Shown piece by piece: positions 10,058 to 21,112 of a stretch of DNA of 64,000 nucleotides; position 1 is the first letter of the stretch, and every line of letters starts with the position of its first letter. The notes under the pieces were generated by a model, which searched no databases, had not been told where the DNA came from, and was given only the letters and a program-made list of their open reading frames with translations. This stretch comes from Candidatus Latescibacterota bacterium (GTDB lineage Bacteria > Latescibacterota > CBDEFO01): positions 224,001-288,000 of the forward strand of contig CBDEFO010000003.1 of assembly GCA_965237525.1 (NCBI GenBank), given 5' to 3'. The position numbers and the translations under genes are program-made.

Positions 10058-10819
10058 GTGAAGCTTAAGGAAAAAGTCGCAATCGTAACCGCGTCGGGTG
10101 AAGGTATAGGTCGTGCCATTGCAGCCGCTTTTGCCAGAGAAGGAGCATCGGTAGCCGTAATTGATATCGATAGGGAGGCCGCGCAATCAGCAGTTAGTGA
10201 GATAGCGTCATCCGGAGGCCACGCAATAAGCATCTACGCCGATGTGACTAAGAGTGAGGATGTAAACGGGATGGTTCAACAAGTCATAGGGGAATTTGAG
10301 AGAGTCGATATCCTCGTCAATAATGCGGGTGGGAGTGCCAGGGCGGAGGCATCACTATTCATCGACTCGAAAGAAGAGGTCTGGGACAAGATAATAGCCC
10401 TGAACCTCAAGAGTGCCCTACTATGCACCCACGCCGTCCTCAAGGATATGATGAAAAGGAAGAAGGGCAAGATTATCAACTTATCATCAGAAGCCGGCAT
10501 AGAAGGCAGCTGGGGGCTGGTGGACTACGCTGCTACGAAGGCCGCGATAATTGGTTTCACAAGGGCTCTGGCCAGAGAGGTTGGACCCCACGGCATCAAC
10601 GTAAACTGCATCGCCCCGGGAGTTATCGAAACGCCCGCTGTCATGGAAGTTGAGAATCCCCACTACAAATCGCATCGTAAACGCGGCCATGAAAGGAAGA
10701 TCATACGGCGATTAGGAAAGCCGGAAGAAGTCGCAGCCCCCGCAGTCTATCTAGCCTCAGACGAAAGCGACTACGTAATCGGAGAGACGATCAGGGTTGA
10801 TGGTGGAATAGGATATTAG
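10058..10819 (+). CDS. SDR family oxidoreductase (FabG-like)
   Basis: VTASGEGIG, DILVNNAG, YAATK, VNCIAPG, VDGG. Confidence 0.9.
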   Translation: MKLKEKVAIVTASGEGIGRAIAAAFAREGASVAVIDIDREAAQSAVSEIASSGGHAISIYADVTKSEDVNGMVQQVIGEFERVDILVNNAGGSARAEASLFIDSKEEVWDKIIALNLKSALLCTHAVLKDMMKRKKGKIINLSSEAGIEGSWGLVDYAATKAAIIGFTRALAREVGPHGINVNCIAPGVIETPAVMEVENPHYKSHRKRGHERKIIRRLGKPEEVAAPAVYLASDESDYVIGETIRVDGGIGY

Positions 10820-10835
10820 CCCGTGTATAAACTAA

Positions 10836-10991
10836 GCTTGACGCCGTGTGGCAGTGTTTGATCACATGCTTCTCTTGGCAGTGGGTCAGACAGGATTGTC
10901 ACTGGAAGGTTTCCTCACCATAGCGTTCACCTCCTGCCGCCTAAGATACTACAGAACTAATAATAGGGCAATACTAAGAGGAGTGACTACC
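10836..10991 (-). pseudogene. Possible degenerate IS1-like end with InsA zinc-ribbon fragment
   Basis: GGTAGTCACTC end on minus strand, AGGAGG SD, ATG at 10921 giving MVRKPSSDNPV then (with indel) CQEKHVIKH-HT; weak. Confidence 0.3.
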
Positions 10992-11085
10992 TAGCCGCAA
11001 ACTTTCCCCGCGAATCTTATAGTCAATTGAAGATAGGTGCAGTAAAGTCTTCCGTCAAAAATGTATCTGTTCTTGTAGTACATAG

Positions 11086-11114
11086 TTGACACTCTATCAC
11101 GAATTCCTTATATT
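11086..11114 (+). promoter_or_regulatory. Sigma70-like promoter
   Basis: TTGACA-17nt-TATATT upstream of the 11227 gene. Confidence 0.55.
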
Positions 11115-11226
11115 ACTTCATATCTGTCTCTCGCAACTCTACTTGAAATAATCGGCAAGGCTGCAGGCGAGGTTCCGTGCCATCCGTGTTACGATCGGTA
11201 AGAACACGACTGCTCAAGGCGAAAGA

Positions 11227-11631
11227 ATGTACAGACGCTTTCTGACTACTCTCGCGATAATATCTTTGATCCTTTACACTGGATGCTCTCAGACAAGGCC
11301 GATAAAGACGGTCGATTCGATTTTACCAGAAGATATAAAAGAGGGTGAGGAAGCCAAGATTATCCTCAAGGATCGGACCACAGCCGAGGGCACGATTATC
11401 TCCTCGAATGAAGATGAGATAACCCTCAAAATTGTGTATCAAGATTACGAAAAAGGCGGGAAAAGAGCAAAGTTCATATCTTACAGATGGGATGAGATCG
11501 CAAGAGTCGAATCCAATTCACAGGAGGAAAAGACCAGAAGCAGCCTTCGCGTGGCGGCGATAATGACCGGTATTGTAATAGGTACCGGTTTTCTGCTTTT
11601 GGGACTCATAACAGATGCCCTGTCCAATTGA
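11227..11631 (+). CDS. Hypothetical lipoprotein with C-terminal hydrophobic segment
   Basis: Lipobox-like YTGC; C-terminal hydrophobic helix. Confidence 0.7.
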   Translation: MYRRFLTTLAIISLILYTGCSQTRPIKTVDSILPEDIKEGEEAKIILKDRTTAEGTIISSNEDEITLKIVYQDYEKGGKRAKFISYRWDEIARVESNSQEEKTRSSLRVAAIMTGIVIGTGFLLLGLITDALSN

Positions 11632-11735
11632 TTGAGCTCTTTAAGTAAGAATCTCCAAAAGTGCGACAGCAAATAGTCCTGATGCCTGAAGAATCCTTTG
11701 TGCTGAATTAATACTGAAGAAGGACTACACCAAAC

Positions 11736-12356
11736 ATGAAGGTCAACAAAAAGGGAGTGGCTTTCTTGATTTCGGGGATGTGCAGCCCGTTTATCCTGCT
11801 CTTTCTGACCTCAATCCCTATAGTCTATCTGCATACATCTTCCCTCGGTCCCTTTCTGCTGTTCTTCTTTTTGACTCTTGTCTTTGTAATTATGGTTCCT
11901 CTGGCTTCTATTGTTATGCTGTTCGTAAAGGGGAAGATAACGAGCATACACATTATGGATAAAGGTGAACGCAAGCTCCCCTTTGTAGTGGCGATCTTAA
12001 GCGTGTGCCTCGGTCTGGGGTCTTTTTATCTTTTCGATGCTCCGCTTGAGCTTATCGTTTTGGCTATTACATTTATAGCTAATGGTATTGTTCTGGCGGC
12101 GATCACACCCTTTTGGAAAGTGAGCCTGCACGTAGCCGCGGCGACGTGCTGTTTTACAGCGGTGACCGTGTTCTGCGGATGGAAGATGTCTTTTTCGTTT
12201 CTTGCTCTTCCTCTCATATCGTGGGCGAGGATCTCGAGAGGGAGGCACAATCTTGCGCAGTCGCTGGGAGCAGTTTTGGCCTCACTGGTAGTGACGATTT
12301 TGATGTTCTATATATTCCTGCCCGATTATATACACAGGCTGTTGTCTTTCCAGTAG
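11736..12356 (+). CDS. PAP2-superfamily-like membrane protein
   Basis: Multiple TM helices; WKVSLH and WARISRGRH motifs. Confidence 0.7.
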   Translation: MKVNKKGVAFLISGMCSPFILLFLTSIPIVYLHTSSLGPFLLFFFLTLVFVIMVPLASIVMLFVKGKITSIHIMDKGERKLPFVVAILSVCLGLGSFYLFDAPLELIVLAITFIANGIVLAAITPFWKVSLHVAAATCCFTAVTVFCGWKMSFSFLALPLISWARISRGRHNLAQSLGAVLASLVVTILMFYIFLPDYIHRLLSFQ

Positions 12357-12539
12357 CAACGAATGATATACGGGGATGATCTGTTTGGACGATCTAAAAT
12401 CGTGGCTGACCCTATTGAACATTAAGGGTGTGATAAGACTAATAAATCTCTATTAAAATGTGTAAATATGGCTCATGCAGTTATGGATCCTGAGCTTTTA
12501 GTTCAAACTATCCATGGGGTAAAAAATAGATAAGAAAGA

Positions 12540-13874
12540 GTGTATAGAATGCCAATTCATAGAGAATCAACCAACATTAGTGGAAAGTTAGTTCCTAATA
12601 TTTTAATGGTAGGCTCAGGTCATTATACCACTGGTTGGGTTAAAGGACAACAAAACAAATCAGATAAGAAGATAGGTGTTATTGCTCCTGTTCTTTTTGA
12701 TCAAAGAAGATTAGGTAATGTAGGAAATTTATCTATGGTTGGAACGAATGGAACAAGATTCCCTGAGATAAGATCACATTTAGAAGAACATGTTGCACAG
12801 GTCTATAGAGACATGGATACTTCTTTTAGATCATTTCCAAATGATGACGTTAAAAGTAATCCTTTGGCATATTTGGAAGCTATGGAAACTTTGCATCCCG
12901 GAGATGCAGTTATAATTACCACACCAGATGATACCCACTTCAAAATCGCAAAAACTGCTATAGAAAAAAGTCTTCACTTTTTGATTACAAAACCTCCAGT
13001 AAAGACACTTAAAGAGCATCTTGAACTGATTAATATTGCAAAACAACATGATGTACTTGGTGCTGTTGATGTTCATAAAAGATATGATACAGTGTATGCT
13101 GATGCAAGGCAACAAATAAGGGGACAATTACAAAAACATGGACGTTTTACTAGCCTACAGGCACATATGACCATTGAAAAAAAACGACTGGATCATGTCC
13201 CTTGGGCTGGAAAGTCGAGCGATGTTAGTTATTATTTGAATTCACATCATATTGACTGGCATGTGTGGACTATGGAAGATATTGCTAGACCCGTTAAGGT
13301 TTATGCTACTGCTGCTCAAGGTATTGCTAATAACCCTCCGCATAATTTGCCGACAGAAGATATGATTATTTTAACTGTTGATTGGGAAAATTTCTCTGAT
13401 CCTAAAAATAATGGGATAGCTGTGTACATAGCAGGATGGGTAGATCCAACAAGTGATGTCTATACAGAACAAGGATTTAAAATCAATGTACCAGGGTACA
13501 AAATAGATGCTGACCAAAGTCGTAGAGGTTACATGACATCAGAAGATGGTCCAGGCATTAAGTCACTAAATCCCTTTTATATGAAGTACACACCCAATGA
13601 AGGAGGGTACTTTGATAGTAGCGGTTACGGGTGTTTATGCATTGCAGCTTTTATTGAAGCTATCGGTCAAATACTAAATAAACAAAAGACTGTAAAAGAT
13701 TATGATAAAACACTTCCCACAATTGCTAGGACAACCCAAATGACCGCAATTTTAGAAGCAGGAAGAGAAAGTTTAGATGCTGGAGGAGTTCCTGTGTCCA
13801 TTAAATATGATAAGAAAGATAAATCACTTCCGGTTGGACTGACTAAGTACAAATTATTAAGAACAAGAAAGTGA
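12540..13874 (+). CDS. Gfo/Idh/MocA family oxidoreductase
   Basis: LMVGSGHYTTG, IITTPDDTHF, ITKPPVKTL, VHKRYD, YYLNSHHID; visibly AT-rich relative to flanks. Confidence 0.8.
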   Translation: MYRMPIHRESTNISGKLVPNILMVGSGHYTTGWVKGQQNKSDKKIGVIAPVLFDQRRLGNVGNLSMVGTNGTRFPEIRSHLEEHVAQVYRDMDTSFRSFPNDDVKSNPLAYLEAMETLHPGDAVIITTPDDTHFKIAKTAIEKSLHFLITKPPVKTLKEHLELINIAKQHDVLGAVDVHKRYDTVYADARQQIRGQLQKHGRFTSLQAHMTIEKKRLDHVPWAGKSSDVSYYLNSHHIDWHVWTMEDIARPVKVYATAAQGIANNPPHNLPTEDMIILTVDWENFSDPKNNGIAVYIAGWVDPTSDVYTEQGFKINVPGYKIDADQSRRGYMTSEDGPGIKSLNPFYMKYTPNEGGYFDSSGYGCLCIAAFIEAIGQILNKQKTVKDYDKTLPTIARTTQMTAILEAGRESLDAGGVPVSIKYDKKDKSLPVGLTKYKLLRTRK

Positions 13875-14207
13875 CGAAAGAAAAATGTGTTTTTTGCAAG
13901 ACCTTGATTCATTATAGACAAGAAGAAAATTCGATTGGAGCAAGAAAGAAAATTTAAGTATAAACTTGCGTTCTTTGCCTCAGTCGTACATTTCCCATAC
14001 TAACTGATATAGTTGAAAATGAGGCTGACCCCCCTACTTAGCCGAAGGTTTATTCTAAAATTGGTTAAGGTTGCAGGAAACTTGTGCTCTCTCATTTTCT
14101 GATAACTTTCTCCTTCTCTTAATCCTAAGTCGCCTTACAAGATCTCTGTTAAGTGAACTATTAGATACGCACGCTGGCTTAATGTACAATAAGATTTGTA
14201 TCATTGA

Positions 14208-14696
14208 GTAATGGAGATGGGACATTTGCAGACAAGGTGTACTATACCGTTGGGCTGGATGCCACATCAGCATTCAGTGCAGATTTAGATGGAGATAATG
14301 ACTTGGCTGTGGCTAATGTTGAGAGCGGTAGTGTCTCAGTGTTTTTGAATCGCTCTGATATTCCCACTGCTGGCGTCACTGCTGTAATCAAGTATGAAGA
14401 ACCATTATCAGATATTCCCGAAGCTTATGCCATCTCGCAGAACTATCGAAATCCCTGTAACCCTGGGACGGTGCTCTATTATGATCTTCCTGTTTGAACC
14501 CGCGTTGAGCTATCTGGCTTCAACATGATGGGGCAGGAGGTGGCGACGTTGGTGGCTGGAGAGATCCGCGGGCAGGCTTTCAGTGGTCTGGGATGCTAAG
14601 GAGAGCGACGGACAGAGCCTCGCCAGCGGAGTCTATCTCTACCAGATCGAGGTAGATAGATTTCTGAAGACAAGGGAGCTGATATTAATGAGATAG
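14208..14696 (+). pseudogene. Decayed FG-GAP + FlgD-Ig tail gene fragment
   Basis: NGDGTFADKV...ADLDGDNDLAVAN...ISQNYRNPCNP then stop and frameshifts, ending ...LILMR*; no 5' end. Confidence 0.8.
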
Positions 14697-14721
14697 ACCT
14701 TCTTATTTTAAGTGATGCGAC

Positions 14722-14759
14722 AGAGCCGGAGCTCAGTTTATAAGGGCTTCGGTTTTTTG
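14722..14759 (+). terminator. Putative intrinsic terminator
   Basis: GAGCCGGAGC...GCTTCGGTT stem followed by a T run. Confidence 0.5.
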
Positions 14760-14789
14760 TCTAACTGAATCTGGCCGATGAAGTTATTG

Positions 14790-14818
14790 TTGACATCTGT
14801 TTCGTTTTTCCTTATCTT
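14790..14818 (+). promoter_or_regulatory. Sigma70-like promoter
   Basis: TTGACA-17nt-TATCTT upstream of 15024. Confidence 0.45.
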
Positions 14819-15023
14819 GTGATCCATATCACAGTACGGACGCTAAGGTTTGATTATCTTAACTGAGATAATTAAATGTAGGGGCGGGGTTATCCCGCCC
14901 CTATAGGATTGTAGTGGAACGTATATCCAAGAAGCCATCTTCAGCCCACGGATGAGGAGGTGAAACAAATTTTCCGGGCTTAAATAGAGTCGAAGTTTTG
15001 TCAATCTAAAGGAGGTTTTAACA

Positions 15024-16052
15024 ATGGCTGCCAAGACATTCTGCTTAGTCATTTTGGTCATAGCCATCTGCGCGCTTGCAACGTCTGCCACGGCGAAGAT
15101 TTGGCGGGTCGATAACAATCTTGGTAACGCGGCGGACTGGAGGACCATACAAGCGGCTCACGACGGCTCAGCAAGCGGCGATACGCTCTATGTTTCGGGT
15201 GCTGCAATTAGCTATGGTAGTTTGTTTGCTTCTAAAGAAACTCTTTATCTTCGGACCCGGTTATCTCCTGGGTGAAAATCCCAAAACCCAGGCAAATCTA
15301 TCCTCTGCCAAAACTGACAATATTAGATTCGACTCGGGTTCGGATAGTTCACTCGTCACGGGTTTAGATGTAAAGTTTACATTGGAAGTTAATGTTGGTG
15401 TGAGCAACGTTACTATCAAGAGAAATAGAATAGTCCACGGCAGTAATCCGGTTGTCTTGATAGACGACAATGCCACCAATATATTCGTTACACAGAATTA
15501 TATCCGTCAAACTGGTCTTTCTTCTAGCAACCACGCAATCCGAGTAGATCCTGGTGTCAGCTCTACTTTCATCAATAATAATTTCATAGAGGCTGTCACC
15601 ACAGGGCAAAACGCAATCAACGCAAGTAGCACCTCAGGTATCACCGTTGAGCAAATGTTATCCGCGGAGACGTGATAGTATATAATACGGGTTTTAACAA
15701 TAACGTATGGAGAGAGGGGACTTTTTCCGGTACTAATAATGCCATATTCAATAACATCACAAGTACGGCGCCTGCGGAGTTTGATACAACCAAGGGCAAT
15801 CAAACCAACGTAGATATGGCGACTGTTTTTGTGGGCACCGGCAGCACCGATGGCCAATGGCAATTGACAACAGGTTGTCCTGCAATCGGTGCGGGCTTAG
15901 GTGGTAATGATATTGGAATGTTCGGTGGACTTGATCCTTATATCCTTTCCGGGATGCCTGCCATTCCTGCAATTTACTTTTTCAGCGCCCCTGTACCCGG
16001 TTCAAACACCAGCGGCCTTCCGGCTCAAGTGAAAGTTAAATCGCATAACTGA
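15024..16052 (+). pseudogene. Secreted beta-helix-like protein, split by two frameshifts (~15237, ~15655)
   Basis: AAGGAGG SD, signal peptide, TIQAAHDGSASGDTLYV; continues KKLFIFGPGY in a second frame and DIGMFGG..PYILSGMPAIP in a third. Confidence 0.75.
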
Positions 16053-16174
16053 TAGTAAACAGCACACGTAAGTAGACAGCATATTTGTAGGGTCGAGCTT
16101 TTCTCCACCCAATGGTCGGGTAACCCAGCCTTTACACGATAGGTGATACGTAGAAGAGAAGGTGCCCTGCCTAC

Positions 16175-16222
16175 GAGATTGCTTCCCCCCGATAGATTCA
16201 ATCGGGGGTCGCTCGCAATGAC
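16175..16222. repeat. GAGATTGCTTC...TCGCAATGAC REP-like element containing the 21-bp hairpin
   Basis: GAGATTGCTTC CCCCCGATAGATTCAATCGGGGG TCGCTCGCAATGAC; related elements at 55394-55492. Confidence 0.65.
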
Positions 16223-16449
16223 ACGGTGTACTTTTGCCTTCGATCATTGAGAGGGGTGGAACCCCGACTCCGTCAGGAGTTACGACCCCGAGGAGACGCG
16301 AAGCGGAACCAGAACCAAGCTCAAAGACTTTTTTCTAATGAAAAGTAATCAGTAGGGGCGAGCTCATGTGTTCGCCCAGTAGGTAGGGGACACATCCTTC
16401 TCCCTATTTGCTAACAGAACAGGCCCCTCCCCATAACAGGAGTGTAGAG

Positions 16450-19400
16450 ATGAGTAGGGTGCAGTATGCACTCAGCGCGGTAATTCTTGCCATCTTGCTC
16501 GGTCCACAGGCGCCTTACGCACAGAACATTGTGCGGGTGGAGTACTACATCGACTCAGACCCCGGTTTTGGCAATGCAACACAAATGAGCATTACGCCTG
16601 CCCCCGAACTGGATCTGAACTTCAATGCAGATCTTTCAGGCATAAGCGCAGGTTTGCATTCTTTGTATGTTCGAGCCAAGGACGATAGTAGCAATTGGAG
16701 TCTGTCCTACGCAAAGCCCTTCATAACAGTTGCTTTGACTGTTGCGTCTGATATTACGCAGGTAGAATATTACGTAGACACAGATCCAGGTTTTGGAGCG
16801 GGTGTGGATGTGCCGATTACCCCGGGAAGTGACGTTACGCAGGATTTCACAGTTGACTTGAGCGGTCAAAGTAAAGGACTTCACGTTTTGTATGTTCGAG
16901 CCAGGGATCAAGGTGGCAATTGGAGTTTGTCCTATGCTAAGCCCTTCATAACAGTTGCTTTGACTGTTGCGTCTGACATTGCGCAGGTAGAATATTACAT
17001 AGACACAGATCCAGGTTTTGGAGCGGGTGTGGATGTGCCGATTACACCCGGAAGTGACGTTACGCAGGATTTCACAGTTGACTTGAGCAGTCAAAGTGCA
17101 GGCTTGCACGTTCTATATATTCGAGCCAAGGATCAAGGTGGCAATTGGAGTTTGTCCTATGCCAAGCCCTTCATAACACTTGCTTTGACTGTTGCGGCTG
17201 ATATTGCGCAGGTAGAATATTACATAGACACAGACCCAGGATATGGAGCGGGCGTGGATGTGCTGATTACGCCGGGAAGTGACGTTACGCAGGATTTCAC
17301 AGTTGACTTGACTGGCCAAAGCGAAGGACTTCACGTTTTGTATGTTCGAGCCAGGGATCAAGGTGGCAATTGGAGTTTGTCCTATGCTAAGCCCTTCATA
17401 ACAGTTGCTTTGACTGTTGCGCCTGATGTTGAGCAGGTAGAATATTACATAGACACAGATCCAGGCTATGGAGCGGGTGTGGATGTGCCGATTACACCGG
17501 GAAGTGACATTACGCAAAGTTTCGCAGTTGACTTGAGCAGTCAAAGTGCAGGCTTGCACGTTCTATATATTCGAGCCAGGGATCAAGGTGGCAGTTGAAG
17601 TTTGTCGTACGCCAAGCCCTTCATAACGGTCTCTCTCGCAGTTACTTCAAACATCACGAAGGCCGAATATTACATAGACACAGACCCTGGCCTTGGAAAT
17701 GGTGTAGAAATTCATATTACTACACTGGGGACTGACATTACACAGGATTTCACAGTTGACTTGAGCAGTCAGAGCGGAGGACTTCACGTTTTGTATGTTC
17801 GAGCGCAGGATGAAAGCGGCAATTGGAGTTTGTCCCTAGCCAAGAGCTTTACTGTCATTGTGGATGTTTCGCCTGAAGTTGTACAGATGGAATATTATAT
17901 CGACACAGACCCTGGCTTTGGAGCAGGTGTGGACGTGCCTATTTCTACACCTGGGAATGATGTCACGCGGGGTTTCATAGTAGACTTAAGCAGTCAATCC
18001 GAAGGACTTCATGTTCTATATGTTCGAGCCAAGGACCAAGGTGGTAACTGGAGCTTATCTCATGCCAAGGCTTTTTCGAGCGTAGTGTTGGCAGTTGCTT
18101 CAGATATTGTTAAGATGGAGTATTACATAGACACAGACCCTGGTTTTGGAGCAGGTGTGAATGTTCCTATTGCTACAGCGGGTGTTGACATTACACAAAG
18201 TCTCACAGTAGACTTGAGCGGTCAAGGAGATGGTCTGCACGTTCTATATATTCGAGCTAAGGATCAAAATGGCAGTTGGAGCTTATCTTATGCTAAGCCT
18301 TTTACGAAGGTTACTCTGGCAGTCGCTTCAGATATTGTTAAGATGGAGTATTACATAGACACAGACCCTGGGTTTGGAGCAGGTGTGAATGTGCCTATCG
18401 CTACACCGGGTGTTGACATTACACAAAGTCTCACAGTTGACTTGAGCGGTCAAGGAGATGGTCTGCACGTTCTATATATTCGAGCTAAGGATCAAAATGG
18501 CAGTTGGAGCTTATCTTATGCTAAGCCTTTTACGAAGGTTACTCTGGCAGTTGCTTCAGATATTGTTAAGATGGAGTATTACATAGACACAGACCCTGGG
18601 TTTGGAGCAGCTGTGAATGTTCCCATTGCTACAGCGGGTGTTGACATTACACAAAGTCTCACAGTAGACTTGAGCGGTCAAGGAGATGGTCCGCACGTTC
18701 TATATATTCGAGCTAAGGATCAAAATGGCAGTTGGAGCTTATCTTATGCTAAGCCTTTTACAAAGGTGACTTTAGCTGTGGCGTCTGATATTGTTAAGAT
18801 GGAGTATTACATAGACACAGACCCTGGCTTTGGAGCAGGGGCGAATGTTCCTATTGCTACAGCGGGTGTTGACGTTGAGCAAAGTTTTGTGGTTGACCTG
18901 AGCGTTCAGAGCGATGGTCTGCACGTTCTATATATTCGGGCCAAGGATCAAAATGGGAATTGGAGTTTATCTTATGCTAAGCCTTTTACGAAGGTGACTT
19001 TAGCTGTGGCGTCTGATATTGTTAAGATGGAGTATTACATAGACACAGACCCTGGCTTTGGAGCAGGGGCGAATGTGCCTATTGCTACACCGGGTGTTGA
19101 CATTACACAAAGTCTCACAGTAGACTTGAGCGGTCAAGGAGATGGTCTGCACGTTCTATATATTCGAGCTAAGGATCAAAATGGGAATTGGAGCTTATCT
19201 CATGCCAAGCCTTTTACAAAGGTGCGTCGTGACATTGCCCCAAATATCACTGCTGTTGAATACTATTTCATTAAGGACGGGGCAAAGACCCAGGTCAGTA
19301 CTTACACGAATTTCACATTCGCAACAGATGTTGGGGCCAATTTCGTAGCGGATATATCAGCCTTGGATAATAATAGTGCCTACAATTGGCATATCTACGG

Positions 19401-20934
19401 CATAGCTGAGAACGGCAGAAGGAGTTTGGAGTACGTTCACTCATTTACGGTCGGAAACGCCCCTCCGGTTGCCGTGGACGATACCGTAACCACGCCTGAG
19501 GACACGTCGATTGTAATCGCTGTGCTTTCCAACGATTTTGACGTGGCCGGAGACACGCTCAAAGTCCACTCGGTCGACACGACCGGCACTGAAGGAAGGG
19601 TCGTCGTCGATCCCGGCGATACTACGGTAGCCTATACGCCCAAGGCCGACTTCAACGGTATAGACACGTTCGAGTACGTGCTAACAGATGGCGCACTGAC
19701 TGACACAGCCACGGTCACGGTGACAGTGGAACCGGTGAACGACGCGCCGGGGGACTTTCTCCGGCTCTTGCCCGCAGACAGTAGCCTCGTCCAGCTCGAT
19801 TCTGTCCTTTTCCTCTGGACAGCAGCGTCCGATGCGGACAGGGATACGGTGGAATATACGATAAATATCTCCTTCGCTCAGATCGATACGAGCTTTGTCG
19901 TGGAAGACACGATGTTAGCGGTCTATTTCCGAACGTTTGAGCTGCCCAAGGCCCAGCTTCCTGTGACGTGGTTGGTAGTCGCCTCAGATGGCATCGTGAC
20001 CTCCGGTCCGACCAATGGAAACGGGAACTTTACTTTGAACACGCCACTCCTGTTCGGCGATGTATCGGGCAACGGGGAGATCACCTCCTTCGATGCGGTG
20101 CTGATCTTGCAGCATACGGTGGGGCTGATCACACTGACGGATCCCTTTGCCCGCGTTGCAGATGTCTCCGACAACGGCAGGATCAGTGCCTTTGACGCCG
20201 CTTTGGTGCTGCGCTTTGTCGTGTCGGCTATCCCGTGCCTCCCGGCTGACCCAGACTGTGGAGTATTAGCTAAGGGGAAAGCCGTTGCAGGCACACTTGC
20301 CTGGTCAGAGACTCGGTCAGGAGATGTGCCCGGACACGTCGATCTGCCGATCGTGTGGGACAGTGAGATGGGAGATGTGATCTCCGCACAGTTCACCGTG
20401 CAGATCGACACGAGTTTTGCAAAGGTAGTAGATGTGGTTTCGAACCTTCCGGAGGACTGGCATATGGTGCATAGTTTCTCCCACGGTGAGCTAAAAGTGG
20501 CGATGGCTGGTCTCACACGTATATCTGACGCACGCTTAGCTACGCTCCGGTTGCTGATGAGCGAACGGGAGGCAGAGGTGACGATTCGCGGTGTAGGGTC
20601 AGTGAACGAGGAGTTGGAGCAGGAGTTGGGAGCTGCAAGGGTCCGGTATGTCCCGAAGGAGTACGCGCTGGAGCAAAACTATCCCAATCCATTCAATCCC
20701 CAGACTGTGATCCGTTACGACCTTCCTGTTGGAAGTCACGTTACCTTATCTGTCTTTAACATAGTGGGACAGAAAGTTGCCACACTGGTGAATGAGGAGA
20801 TGGATGGAGGCAGTTACTCTATCGTCTGGGACGGTAAAGATCATAGTGGAAGGAGCCTTGGCAGCGGAGTCTATCTGTATCGGTTAGAGACAGATGGGTT
20901 TGTTCAGATAAAAAAGCTGGTGTTGATGAGATAG
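16450..20934 (+). CDS. Large secreted protein: 12 tandem 75-76 aa EYYIDTDPG repeats, Ig/cadherin-like domain, dockerin, cohesin-like domain, FlgD-Ig tail; interrupted by in-frame TGA at 17596
   Basis: ORFs 16408-17598 and 17602-20934 are in the same frame; TGA sits where sister repeats have TGG; dockerin GDVSGNGEITSFDA..ADVSDNGRISAFDA; LEQNYPNPFNP tail. Confidence 0.85.
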
Positions 20935-21112
20935 GATCCGTTCAAAAGAGATAATATCTTGTAGCTAAGGTAGACTATCCTCGGAGATAGGAGGCGATGC
21001 AAAAATATCTTGATTTTCGGATCAGTTTGGGGTATATTGTTACCTAAATGAGATCGTCACCTGATAGATAATCGTGTTTTTTTAATTTGCATCATAGTCA
21101 AGGAGATAGATT

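Noticed and set aside
14016..14033. AAAATGAGGCTGACCCC as a secondary att site
   Set aside because: Only a short gapped match to the 42-bp repeat; could be chance
16636..17559. Repetitive antisense ORFs (157 and 148 aa)
   Set aside because: Shadows of the plus-strand repeat protein
17596..17598. TGA as selenocysteine or alternative genetic code
   Set aside because: Position is Trp in sister repeats, not Cys; TGA is a normal stop in other genes such as gatB
20935..21112. Moco/Wco riboswitch upstream of aor
   Set aside because: No recognisable conserved structure by eye; an Rfam scan would be needed
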